DNA of 64,000 nt from contig NC_043012.1 of assembly GCF_006345805.1 (NCBI RefSeq), forward strand, positions 52,638,001 to 52,702,000. Direction: 5' to 3'. The position numbers and the translations under genes were made by a program. The stretch comes from Octopus sinensis (lineage: Eukaryota). Positions 14,130-27,045 of this stretch are shown in pieces. The stretch's first letter is position 1, and every line of letters begins with the position of its first letter. The notes beneath the pieces were generated by a model that was given only the letters and a program-made list of their open reading frames with translations, made no database searches and was not told where the DNA came from.

Positions 14130-15166
14130 TAACATGTTAGTATGAAAGAGATCAGGAAGGAGTGTTACAGGAGTTTGGGCTGTCCTAAAATTCGAATTAA
14201 ATGCACGTAACAAGGTGTTAGCAATAAATTCTTTAGCCATTCCTGTTGGTATTTACAGCTTTAATGTGTTGAACTGGAATATGAGCGAAATAACGAAGAT
14301 TGACAGGAAAATCCGTAAGCTGCTGACTTGCAATAATATGCACCACCTAAAGGCAGACGCAGATCGTCTTTACCTACCCAGAGCTCAAGGAGATCGAGGC
14401 TTGATCCAGTTTGAAATCTCCTACAAAACCACCACAAGTGGACTGGCAAAATATCTTCAAACATCTAACGACTGAATGCTAAAGCTCGTTGAAAACCATG
14501 AGTGACGTAAGAAGCTTCATTCTCTTATGAAGGAGAGCAACAAATTTTCAAGTGAGTTTATGCGTAATACCCAGGTTGAACAGCATGAGGGAAGTGCAGC
14601 AACTGTAATTGCAAAGAAGGTGAAATCAATAGCAAAGCAAAATGCACTTGAACAATAGGTGGGGAAAAAAACTCTGCATGGCAAATATGTGGCCCGTAGA
14701 AAGCAAGCTGATATAGACCAGAAGTACACCCATCAGTGGCTTGGGTGCTAAGGGCTAAAGGCAGGGTGTGAAGGTTTTATCTTAGCTTTCCAAGATCAAA
14801 GCTTATTGACCTGGAACTATCCAGCTAATATGATGAAAAATGGTGTAGACCCAAAGTGCCGATACTGCAACGATCAGATAGAAACAGTCGACCACCTAAT
14901 CTCTGGATGTAAGGTTTTAGCACCTGTAGAGAACAAATCAAGACATGACCGTGTTGGCTAATATGTTCATTGGATAGTGTATCGGCATCATAAAATCAAA
15001 GCTGCTGACAGATTGTACAAGCACCACCCTGAGACTGTAACTGAGGGAGAAAATGTAACTATTCTTTGGGACTTCCCAGTACATACAGATCGGACATTCA
15101 GGACAAATAAACCATATATTGTTTTGAAAGACATGCAATAAAGTCTGTTTATTGATTAACATGAGC

Positions 15167-15167
<1 letters not shown>
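14130..15167 (+). mobile_element. R4/Dong-clade (restriction-like endonuclease) non-LTR retrotransposon fragment, degenerate
   Basis: AINSLAIPV...IDRKIRKLLT...ADRLYLPRAQGDRGL; CCHC knuckle CRYCNDQIETVDHLISGC; TDRT..NKP.IV region; frameshifts and stops; bounded on both sides by (AAT)n/(ATT)n. Confidence 0.85.
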
Positions 15168-15227
<60 letters not shown>

Positions 15228-15284
15228 TTTCAAATTTTTCTAATGGCAGTTAGAAAGCGCGTGGTGATGTGTTTATTCGTGTAG

Positions 15285-15348
<64 letters not shown>

Positions 15349-15454
15349 GTATGTAATTCTGTCGTGTTAGACTTATACATTTATAAAAGAATTTGAGCGA
15401 GACCAAACTTATAAATACGTAGAAATAAATGAATGTTCTGGCATTTAGCCTACA

Positions 15455-16690
15455 AGCACGAAAGAGAGTATAGGAGAGTTCGAGCAATAACTTTAGCTAA
15501 ATGCACATAACAAGGTGTTATTCATAAATTTCTTAACAGTCCCAATTCGTGTTTATAGCTTCAATGTGTTGAACTGGAATATTAGTGAAATAAAAATAAT
15601 TGACAGAAAATACGTAAGCTGATGACTTGTAATAAGAAGCACCACCCAAAGGCAGATATGGATCGTCTTTACCTTCCCAGAGCCCTAGGTAGTCGAGGCT
15701 TGATCCAGTTTGAGCACAGTTGGACTGGTCAAATATCTTGCAACATCTAACCACCGGAAGCTAAAATTCGTTAAAAATCAACAGAAGCCTAATACGATTC
15801 ATTCCGTCATGATACCCAGACTGAGCAGCATGACAGGAGTACAGCAACTGTTGATAAAAAGAGGGTGAGATTAATGGCGAGGAAAAAAGCGTATGAATTG
15901 TCTAGTAGGGTCAGAAACCTCTGTATGGCAGATATTTGGCCCACAGCAAAATAAGTTGATGTAGACCAGAAGCACACGCATCAGTGGTTATAGAGTTCGT
16001 GGCTAAAGAGACAGAGTGAAGGCTTCGTCTCAACTGCTAAAGATCACAACTTATTGACCTGGAACTACTAAGCTAAGTGTGATGAAAAATGAAGTAGTTT
16101 CAAAGTACCGATTCTGCAATGATGTAATAGAAACAGTGGCCCACCGAATCTCTAGATGTAAATTTTTAGCACCAGAGGAGTATAAATCAAAACATGACAG
16201 ATTTGGCCAATATTTACACTGGCTAATGTGTCGGCATTATAAAAACAGAACTGTTGAGAAGTGGTATAAGTATCACCCTGAAGCTGCTGAGGAAGATAAT
16301 ATAAACGAATCTTTAGAATTTTCCGATATATACAGACAGAAACATCAAAGGTAATATACCGGATATTGTTGTGAAAGACCAAAACAATAAAGTTTGTTTA
16401 TTGATAGACATGAATATTCCTTGTGATCATAATATCTCGGCAAAAGAATTTGACAAGCTCAAAAAATATATAGAGATTTGCTCATTGAAATCGAAAAACA
16501 TACGGCATCTCAAGACGGTTACACCACCAGTGATTGTAGGAGCATCTGGAATGATGAAAAAAAGTGAAAATTATTTGAGGGTGATGGCTGGCTTACCATC
16601 CGCGCAAGGAGTTCAAAAGACTATTTTAACTGGTACGTCACATGTATTGAGAAGCTCATTGTTGCTGTGAGAAAGATTACAACCCATGTA
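15455..16690 (+). mobile_element. Second R4/Dong-clade fragment with C-terminus
   Basis: Collinear with 14130-15167; CRFCNDVIETVAHRISRC, HDRFGQYLHW, LIDMNIPCD, PVIVGASG...QKTILTGTSHVLR*; many stops. Confidence 0.85.
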
Positions 16691-16809
16691 GATTTTTCCC
16701 TTTTTTCTTTGTTTTTCTGTCTTTATTCTTTCGTATTTCTTTTTTGTCGCAAAACGTGATTTTGTAAATAAACAATTTGGTGTCTTTATTTTAATGGCCT
16801 ATCAATTAC

Positions 16810-17363
16810 TGAGTGAGAGAGCAGTGCATGCCATTAAAGTGACACTGGGGTAAAATATACGAAGCCCAGTATACCCATCATGACTACCCGTCTGATAAGG
16901 GTACACTAAGCACATGCATCACAACCATATGCGCGCGACATGGTGATCTCATATCAAGATAAACAGCACACGACCTTGCAGGTAGGGTCCAGTTAGAATT
17001 TTCTTCTGGTCGAGTGACCCATCCTGCTCAAAAGGCCCCTGAATAAGGGTTGTTTAAGGATGTTGAACGAAATAGCCATGTTTCTAGAGATGAATTATTA
17101 AAACCCCAAAGAATACCTCTAAACACATAGCTATCATGCTCCCCACTATTTCTGCTCGTGATCAGAGATGCACATATTGTCAGCCACTAAGGGACATGCT
17201 CAACTGGTTAAGGTCAAACAACTGACAAGCAAATCTATGGTATTGAGCAGAATATTTGCTGTAGCCCATCTTTTATACCAAGACAAAACAATGTACATGG
17301 TAACACTTCCAATCAGTTAAGATCAGAAACCATGAGAGCCACTGCCTGGTACTGCATCAGGGC
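16810..17363 (+). mobile_element. Non-coding interspersed element ending at an (ATT)n tract
   Basis: Reverse-complement copy at 63451-63921 and relic at 3915-4090; no ORF; followed directly by (ATT)n. Confidence 0.75.
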
Positions 17364-17400
17364 AATTATTATTATTATATTATTATTATTATTATTATTA

Positions 17401-17462
<62 letters not shown>

Positions 17463-18300
17463 TTTATCATCATCGTCGTCGTTGTTTTTGTTATCATTAT
17501 CATTATTATTTGTTTTATTATAATATTCACGTGTGATAAAAATCATACTAATGCGGATACAAAAGCCATTTTCATCTTGACTTCGAATAAAAGCGAAGTA
17601 TTAGAAACATGAATCTTAGGCTATTGTATAAACAATGACGTCTGTGTTATAAATTGAATCATAAAGATTAACTTTTACATAGGTCTGCGTATTTTTAACC
17701 CGAAAATCTCAACTGTAAATATCTGATATTTCTTTGGATCAAAAAGAGGCATAAAGAAAAATTAACATCTTTGTAAGTATAAACAACGTAATTATATCGA
17801 TTGAGATGCACGAAACTCTTTATTGTACGTACTATTTATTTTATTGATACGTCACGGAGGAAATATAGATGCAAAGACGTCAACTATGAAAGAATATAAG
17901 AATATACAAATTGCCTAACATGAAACGAAGAACAAAGAAGAAAAATGTCCAAAAAAGATTCACAGAAAAAGATAATCGCTAACAAATATCTGAATAGTTC
18001 TTTCGTATTTCCTTTATGTACATAAAACGTTCACGCAGTCCATGATGAATGTTGGGAAAGCATAGAACTTGACCTTGTGGAGTAATTATTTCGTGTCATT
18101 CATTTTAGATACGTTCATATCTCTAAAAATTCACTTAAATCTACGTCAGATTTGTCCATCAACGCTCCACCGACCTATACCCCGACACGTTGACCAATGA
18201 TTTCTCTGAGGAAATCAACTCTGCTCAAACTTTGATTTCTTAATATTCGCGAATGGTCGGTTTCTATGCCATTGCCTCCATCACTGCATTTCTCTTGTCC

Positions 18301-18368
<68 letters not shown>

Positions 18369-18767
18369 TCATTACAGATATAGGGTGAAAGATGTTGGTC
18401 AAGCAACTTGTTGCAAAACCCTTATTGTTATAATTATATATATATATATATATATATATTTAAAAAAGGAGATGTCGAACACGAGTGGTGATATATAAAA
18501 AAGGAAATGAAGAAAATGCTGACATAATTGAAGTAATTTAAGTAATTAATTAGGTGAAAGTTCTTTTTACCGGTTGCGCATTTGTTGCTTATCAAAATAT
18601 ATATCAATATATATATCTATATATATATATATATATATATATGTAGGTCCCGGGTTGATTCGGGGTTAACCACAGTAAATAAGGTACTCAATACATAGCA
18701 GAGTAAAATTAATTATATAGAAGGAGCTTCTACAGGACTAGAACTGTTTCATCAAGAGAAATCTTCA

Positions 18768-18808
<41 letters not shown>

Positions 18809-18880
18809 TATATATATATATATATAATATATATATAGTATGTATATATATATATATATATATTATATATATGTTGTATG

Positions 18881-18930
<50 letters not shown>

Positions 18931-19139
18931 AGTGTGTTTGTGTATGAATAACATTCAATGCTTATTTAAGTGTATATTCATCCGTACAGCCATACATACA
19001 TGGATATATATATATATATGTATGAATATATATGCGTGTGTGAGTGTGTCTGTGTGTATAAATAAATAAACATATATAGAGATATAGATAGATACATACA
19101 TACATTTATACATGCATACATACATACATACATGTGTGT

Positions 19140-19368
19140 GTTTTCGTGTGCGCGTTTGTCGCTCTCCTCTGTTACCGGTTGACGACCGGAGTTGGTGCGT
19201 CTTCGTCCCCGTATCATAACACCTGGGCAAAAGACCGATGAATTAAGTAAAAAGCTTTAAAATAAATAAATCCTGGGGTCGATTTGTTCAACTAAAACCT
19301 TTCAAGGCGGTGCTCCAGGATGACCGCAGTCAAATGACTGAAACAAGTAAAAGAATAAAAGAATAAAA
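19140..19368 (+). mobile_element. SINE family C, 3' half
   Basis: tcctggggtcgatttgttcaactaaaacctttcaaggcggtgctccagg...gactgaaacaagtaaaagaataaaagaataaa. Confidence 0.7.
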
Positions 19369-19717
19369 TCCGTTTTCTCCGATTTTTCCCCACGTGTACG
19401 TTTTACAGATAAGTGTCTTCTTTAAATATTCGGCTCATCCCGATAGATTATGGCGAAGTGAGACAGCCTTTTATAGAACAAACATATATATATATATATA
19501 ATATATATCTCATAATAATATTATTATTCTCATAATTCTCTCTCCCGCTTCTGCAGTGGAAATATGATCTTTATGTACATATTATCTCTGAATATATGAC
19601 CCCTCCATGTCTGAGAAACAAAATATAGAATATAAACTTTTAAATTTTATTTTTATCTCTTATTATTGTTATTTTTGTTGCTGCTGTTGTTGTTGTTATT
19701 ATCATTATTATTACTAC

Positions 19718-19815
<98 letters not shown>

Positions 19816-19842
19816 TTATTATTGTTGTTAAGTCGGCGAACT

Positions 19843-20030
19843 GTCAGCATGGCGGGCTAAATGCCTAGCTGTATTTTGCCTGCCTTTATGTTTTGAGTTC
19901 ATATTCCGCTGAGGTTGACTTTGCCTTTCATCCTTTTGGGGTCGATAAATTAAATACCATTGAAACACGGGGCTCGATGTAATCGACTAATCCCCTCCCA
20001 AAAAAATTCAGGCCTTTTGCCTGTATTAGA
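19843..20030 (+). mobile_element. SINE family B, short form
   Basis: Head, core gactttgcctttcatcc, then short tail atcgactaatcccctccc...ggccttttgcc. Confidence 0.7.
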
Positions 20031-20232
20031 AAGTGTTAGTATTGTTATTATTATAAGGTGCTATGCTGCCAAAATCTTTAGTATGACGAACAAAATGTTT
20101 GTTAGCATTTCGTCTGTCTTCACATTCTGAGTTCAAATTTTGCGTTCTATCCTTTCGAAGGCGATGAAATAAGAAATCGAGTTCTCCAATGCCTTCAAAG
20201 ACTGATGGTTCTGAGCCAAATTTTGAAATCAT

Positions 20233-20264
<32 letters not shown>

Positions 20265-20805
20265 CATCATCATATACTTTCCATGTTTCATATCGTTTCA
20301 AATGCACTTTTATATGTTTATAATTTGTCACTGTGCAAAAAAAAAACACATTATTTTATTATTTAACTGAGTCCTATGTTAAACTGCTATACTAAATATA
20401 TTCTCGTCATATCTACAAAATATTCATCCCAGTCACTAATATATTATAGTTTCCTTCTCAACCCAATCATTAACGTTTGATTCTGTGAGCAGAACATTTT
20501 CAAGTTCATAGATCTCAAACATGAAGGGATATTATTTGAGAGTCTCGGATTTCCAGCTGGTCTCAGCAGATTTCAGTGGTTTTCAAAATTAATGGCAACT
20601 CTGCCGTGTATAAAAACCAATAGCGATCTGGCACTAATCAGTCTGTTTCCTGCTGTTGATCGTGCAGTGTATATTCAATTTTATGTTGACATTCCACATG
20701 AAATAAGAATCTACGTTCAGCGAAATCATATATGGAATTTGCATGAGTACTTTAATACTGGCATTTATGTTTCGTCTGTCTTAGAGTTTAGGTTTTACAC
20801 ACACA

Positions 20806-20848
<43 letters not shown>

Positions 20849-21051
20849 GTATATAATGAGAAGAGAACATATCACATACTGCGTTTGTTATGCAATTTTT
20901 TTTTATTTGATGATGTAATATATCTATACATATACAACAGAGTTATTAGTGTCGTATTATCAACGCGGGCAAAGTATTTTGTAAGCTCTCTGTTAGCACA
21001 TCAGGCTAAGAATATTGATTAGATTAGTATATGCACACACATATATATACG

Positions 21052-21110
<59 letters not shown>

Positions 21111-22214
21111 GAAGAAATGAGGTACTCAGAAATCTGGATTGTTTTATATTTACAGATTTTTATTAGTACATGTTACATGTTTTTATAAATCATATCGGGT
21201 TTTGCCAGTATCATATAATAGCGCTTTCGTCCACTCTGGTGGAGTTTTCAAATTGAACTTTTGTAGGAATTTTGACTCTTTTTATAGCATTATTGCGTGT
21301 GTAGGGGTGGGGAGAGATATAAGATATATATATATAGATAGATATAGATATATAGATATAGATACTTGAATCTACGATAAAAAGTACTTCTCCAGCATGC
21401 CTTAAAGCGGGGTTGAACCTGAGGCCTCGTAATTGCAAACAAACTTAACCATTACGCCTGCTGCGTCATGTGATACACGCATATACATACACAAAAACAC
21501 GCCGCACATGTGTGTATGTTGGTTTATGTATGTTTATTTCATATACATGCGTATATGTGAATGCCTGTTATTTGTGAATTACGAATATTTCACCAAACTA
21601 GATTATATAATGCGGAAAATAAATTAGAAAAAAAGAACGAAATTAAGGTTTGTAAAGAATTTATTTCAATAAAAGCAATTGCTCGGTGATCCATTTTAAC
21701 AACTTATTCCATTTGAACATTAAAGTTTTGGAATTGCGTCTGCTTATCCATCACATTCATTTAAATAAAATGTAATAGATTTTGTTTTTGCTGCCGTCGC
21801 TTTTGTTGTTGTTGTTGTTGCTGTTACTGTTTTTATTACTAATTGAGATTTTCAAAGTGAGTGAATACACGTTGCTTTCAGCATGTGAAGTTTTATAAAG
21901 TTCAGAGCGGCGAGGCTAAGGAGATGGCACGTCAAATGATAGCTATAGAGACAGCTTCCGGCAATTATTGAGCCAAAATCCAGAAGTGTCTATACAACAG
22001 GAAATACTCAGGAGAGGATACAAAGAAATCTTGTTTTCAATAAGTTACATCTAGAGGGACAGTAGCCTCAAAACAGACAGTCAACAAATAGCCATTTATA
22101 TCCTTGTGATTTTCCTCCCGGTGAGAATTGCAGTTTGTCTTTATGGATATTTCTGTATATATGTGTGCGTAAGACGTGTTGCAGTAACGTGAGGGGAGGC
22201 AAGGTAGGCGTATA

Positions 22215-22259
<45 letters not shown>

Positions 22260-22552
22260 ATATATATATATATGTATGTATGTATATATATATATATATA
22301 TTATGTATGTGTATATATATATATTATGTATGTATATATGTATGTATGTATATATATATGTATATGTATGTATATATATAGTATGCACGTGTTTATATAT
22401 ATATATACACACATACACATTACATATACATACGTACGTACGTACTTACATACATACATACATACATACAGATATACATACATACATACATACATGCATA
22501 CATACATATATATATATATATAGGTAGATAGATAGATAGATAGATACATACA

Positions 22553-22584
<32 letters not shown>

Positions 22585-23351
22585 AGTGAAAGTGTGTGGC
22601 CGAATGGTTCTGGTGTTGCACTCATGATTGTTAGATCGTGGGTTCGATAGCTGGGCTGTGAGTGAGAGATTGGCAAAAATCGTCTGCAGAAATACTTTAT
22701 GGTTATATCTTTCAGCTTTCTTCATTCTGAGTTCAAATTCCAGCTGCCTAGAGAAGGCAACGAGGAACCAGTCCAGTATGGTAACCAAAGTTTCAGTAAT
22801 GTATTCTAAAACTGTTTAATCTCATCTTTTGTATATTGTGTGACTTTCTGAAAGAGTTTTAATCTAAACATCTATCACTTATGCCAACTCGATGTTAGCT
22901 TATAGGAAGTTATTGAAATGTGTTTCGCAATGAACGGACATGTATTTTACCATATCTACCATTACGATCTTGGTAGTGTGCTTAAGAAGTTCGCTTTGCA
23001 GTCATCTAATATAAGTTCGAGTCGTTCACGCTACATCTAAGGTGCGTATTTTCTACCATATCATCGAATTGAACCAAGAAACGAGCGAAACCGGTTCAAA
23101 GAAGAAAACTCTGTAGAAGCCTAACGGTTTAACTCAGCCTTTTCTTAGTTGATGCATTTAAACCATCACCCGGTTTAAAATTACAATTTGATCGTTGAAT
23201 GCTTTAAGTGGAATCTTCTCTGTTTTAAAACAATAACCTATATTATTATTTCTTCCTTCTCCTATCCCTACCAACGGTATTGAAGGTATACCAAGAGATG
23301 ATAGGCATCCCTGCTCTACTTCTGATTAAACAATTAAAAGACCCTTCTGTC

Positions 23352-23459
<108 letters not shown>

Positions 23460-23667
23460 CTTATAAATATGGGCAAACGAAAAAGATTCTTATGCCAAAT
23501 ATGCCGAGAAATAGACTTAAATCGACATGTTTTTTTTTTTTTACATAATTTTCACCTTTAAACGTACTTTTTAAATATGCTGTCCACTGATAAATTTTTT
23601 TTGAAAATGTTATCCTATATTAGATATATATATATATATATATATACAGAGAGAGAGAGGGGGAGAG

Positions 23668-23975
23668 GGTGCGTAGGGCTCACAATCATGAGGTAGTGAG
23701 TTCGATTTCCAGACCGGGCTGTGTTGTGCTGTTGTGCAAGTCGCTTTATTTCAGTTCACTCAGCTGTAGAAATGAGTTGCGACGCCAATGCTGCGAAGCT
23801 GTATCAGCCTTTGCCATTCCCTTGGATAACATCGCTGGCGTAGAGAGGAGGAGGCTGGTATGCATGGTTCGTGGGCAACTGATGGTCTTCCATAATCAAC
23901 TTTGCCCAGACTTGTGTTTCGTAAGGTGACTTTCTAGGTGCAATCCCATGGCCATACAAGAGCGAAGGGGGTCTT
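23668..23975 (+). mobile_element. SINE family A-related variant
   Basis: gagttcgatttccagaccgggctgtg head shared with family A; different 3' part. Confidence 0.5.
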
Positions 23976-24021
<46 letters not shown>

Positions 24022-24026
<5 letters not shown>

Positions 24027-24239
24027 ATCCCTCGACTATCGTGGGTGTTACGTTCCAACCGCCCCTCCCCATGTAGGTGAAAATCTGAAAAGTAGAAACA
24101 GTACTGTATATTTTTTATTGTTTTTATAACTTCTATATATTTATTTTATTATAAATGCAAAACAACACCACGGTGGAATCGACATAAGCTTAAATAATAA
24201 ACAACGATCGATGAGCCGTGAAATGGCGAGGGACTACTG
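24022..24239. mobile_element. Tigger/pogo-like MITE
   Basis: Terminal inverted repeats tagtaatccctcg / cgagggactactg, embedded in (TA)n; no ORF. Confidence 0.7.
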
Positions 24240-24337
<98 letters not shown>

Positions 24338-24375
24338 TACATCTAAGTAAGTATCTCATTTATTTCTAAACATAT

Positions 24376-24436
24376 TTACCGCTGATGACGAGAAAATTCT
24401 TTATGAATTAACTCAGAAATCGGACCGATTCGGTAA
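24376..24436 (+). ncRNA. Type I hammerhead ribozyme motif
   Basis: Stem I TTACCG/CGGTAA; core CTGATGA; stem II GAG/CTC plus AATTC/GAATT; GAAA; stem III ATCGG-a-CCGAT; predicted cleavage after AUU (24430). First stem II pair is a C-A mismatch. Confidence 0.75.
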
Positions 24437-24557
24437 TAACGGATCTTTTTGAAAATTTCGATCAGTTTGCATCGGGATGCGTGCGTATAGTGATGAATTA
24501 CACGTGGTTTTTGACGATTTAAAGTCTATTCTCGGCACATTTGGCATTGGAAATTTT

Positions 24558-24580
24558 TTCCTTTTGCCCTTGTTTATAAG

Positions 24581-24634
<54 letters not shown>

Positions 24635-24657
24635 CTTATAAACAAGGGCAGAAGGAA
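24558..24657. repeat. About 100-bp near-perfect palindrome centred on (TA)n
   Basis: ttccttttgcccttgtttataagtta versus taacttataaacaagggcagaaggaa, 25/26 complementary. Confidence 0.85.
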
Positions 24658-25809
24658 TTTAACACACTCACTGGTAAAATTTCCACTTATTTCTTATTTT
24701 TATTTTCCTAAAATTTTCGTTGCGTCTTGCCACCTTCTTTGTTTCAGTAAAAAAAAATGAGAAAAAAATGATTTATAAAAGTCTGGAGTGCACAGTCTGG
24801 GTACAATATTTACGGGATGATCACGACAGGGGTGTTTTTGATCACAAATATGGTCAGGGGCAACTTAGAGCTAAAGAATAATGCTACCAGATTATATCAC
24901 AATTTGAAGTGATGGAATTGATAAAAAGTGAGTGTAAGCCGGTTTAAACACAAGTGTATACCCACAATACGAAGTAATTAACTCTCTCTCTCTCCCCCTC
25001 TCTCTCTCTCTTTCTCACATTCTTTCTCTCTCTTGCTCTCATTTTCTCTCTCTTTCTCTCATTCAATCTCTCTCTCTTGATCTCTTTCTCTCTCTTGATC
25101 GCTTTCTCTCTCTTGAACTCTTCGTCTCTCTCGCTCATTTGATGTGTCACTCTCTTCCCATCTATAAATGTGCGTCTGTGCGTACGCGTATGTGTGCGGA
25201 CAAGCGAGCGGACCATGATAAGAAATGCAGAAAACGTTAATGGTATGTTTAACCTTTACTTATATTCAAGCGTTACCGTTTACAAACTGGGGTTACATCT
25301 TTGTATTGGAGTAAAAAAAAATACAATATGGTGTTTGATACATGTTTGCGACCCCAAATTATTTGGTAACTTGCCTTCGAGTACACTTTAATTATGTGGG
25401 GGGGGGGTAGGTAGTGGCTGTGAACACTGGCATGGAAACCGAAAACCAATGATTTCCAATAAAAGTACCTTGTGTGTGATTTGTTCTGCATCGAGTTCTA
25501 CAGACAATGCCTTATAGATCAAACCGTCAGATATTCAATGAACCAGAGTTTGATCTGTTGGAAACCTGCAAGCAACGACGTTATTGTTCATTAATTTCAA
25601 TATAAAATGAATAACTAAATAATCAATGACCTCATTCTATATCTCTGTGTGGTTTTTCTAGGACAGAGAGAACCTATTCTATTTAACATAAGAATAGGTT
25701 AGTCGTAAGCTTTGCAAACTGTCAAAACATTTGCAAAGAAGGACCACTGAAGACAAAATTGCCATCAATTAGAAACTGCAGAAAAACATTATGGTGGAGA
25801 ATACTGATT

Positions 25810-26428
25810 TCAAATTTTGGCACAAGGCCAGCACTTTTGGGGAACCTCATTGCTCAGCTGGTACTTAATTTATCGACATCGAAAGGATGAAAGGTAAAGT
25901 CGGCCTCGGCGGAATTTGAACTCTGAACGAGAAGACGGACGAAATGCCGCTAAGCACTTCACCCAGCGTGATTCTTACTTTTTTATTGCCCACAAGGGGC
26001 TAAACATAGAGGGGACAAACAAGGACAGACAAAGGGATTAAGTCGATTACATCGACCCCAGTGCGTAAGTGGTACATAATTTATCGACCCCGAAAGGATG
26101 AAAGGCAAAGTCGACCTCGGCAGAACTTGAACTCAGAACGTTACGGCAGACGAAATACCGCTAAGCATTTCGCCCGGTGTGCTAACGATTCTTATTTTTT
26201 ATTGCCCACAAGGGGCTAAACATACAGGGGACAAACAAAGACAGACAAAGGGATCAAGTCGGTTATATCGACCCCAGTGCGTAACTGGTACTTAATTTAT
26301 CGACCCCGAATGGATGAAAGGATGAAAGGCAAAGTCGACCTCGGTGGAATTTGAACTCAGAACGTAACGGCAGACGAAATACAGCTAGGCATTCCGCCCG
26401 GTGTGCTAACGATTCTGCCAGCTTGCGC
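25810..26428 (-). mobile_element. Head-to-tail trimer of SINE family B
   Basis: Two long-tailed units and one short-tailed unit; junctions at about 25975 and 26192 both restart at agaatc in the head. Confidence 0.85.
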
Positions 26429-26859
26429 CCTTTATGGTGGAGTATATTGATTATGAACACAGGAGGGTCGTCTGAAGCAACAATAGCAGCGTTCACAAAG
26501 GCAGTAAAAGTCGTAAGAGCAACAACAGTGTCAACAGCAACAATGACAAGAACAAGGGGTACCAGCAGCGGCAACAACAGTAAAAGCGACAGCGGCAGCG
26601 GCAGCAGGAAGAGTGCAGCTGCAGTGGTGACTGTAGCACAAAGCAACAAAACCAGTAACTTCAGCAACTGCGACAATCGTAACAAGAAATAACAGTAGCG
26701 ACATCAGCAACAGCATTGCCTATCGGTAATATCCGCAACAACGACAAAAGCGTCACATCTTGCAACGGCAACAGAAGCCATAACAGAAACATCAATAACA
26801 TTAGCGACAACTGCAGCTATTTACTAGCGTCAGCAACGCTTGGACAACAACAGCAAAGT

Positions 26860-27045
26860 GGAGGCGCAATAGCCCAGTGGTTAGGGCAGCGGTCTCATGG
26901 TCGTAAGAACGCGGTTTCGATTCCCAGACCGGGCATTGTGAGTGTTTATTGAGCAAAAACACCAAAGCTCCAAGAGGCTCCGGCGGCGGTGGAGTGAACC
27001 CCGCTGTACTCTTTCACCACAACTTTCTCTCACTCTTTCTTCCTA
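26860..27045 (+). mobile_element. SINE family A, 5' half
   Basis: ggaggcgcaatagcccagtggttagggcagcgg...ctgtactctttcaccacaactttctctcactc. Confidence 0.8.

Noticed and set aside
18720-18770. Minus-strand TGAAGA...GAAAC...GTC hammerhead candidate next to (TA)n
   Set aside because: Stem II does not pair and the 5' strand of stem I is replaced by TA repeats; at most a dead relic.
25743-25790. CTGAAGA...AATTG/CAATT...GAAAC-TGCA hammerhead candidate
   Set aside because: Lacks the GUH triplet (GA instead of GT) and has no adjacent stem I partner.
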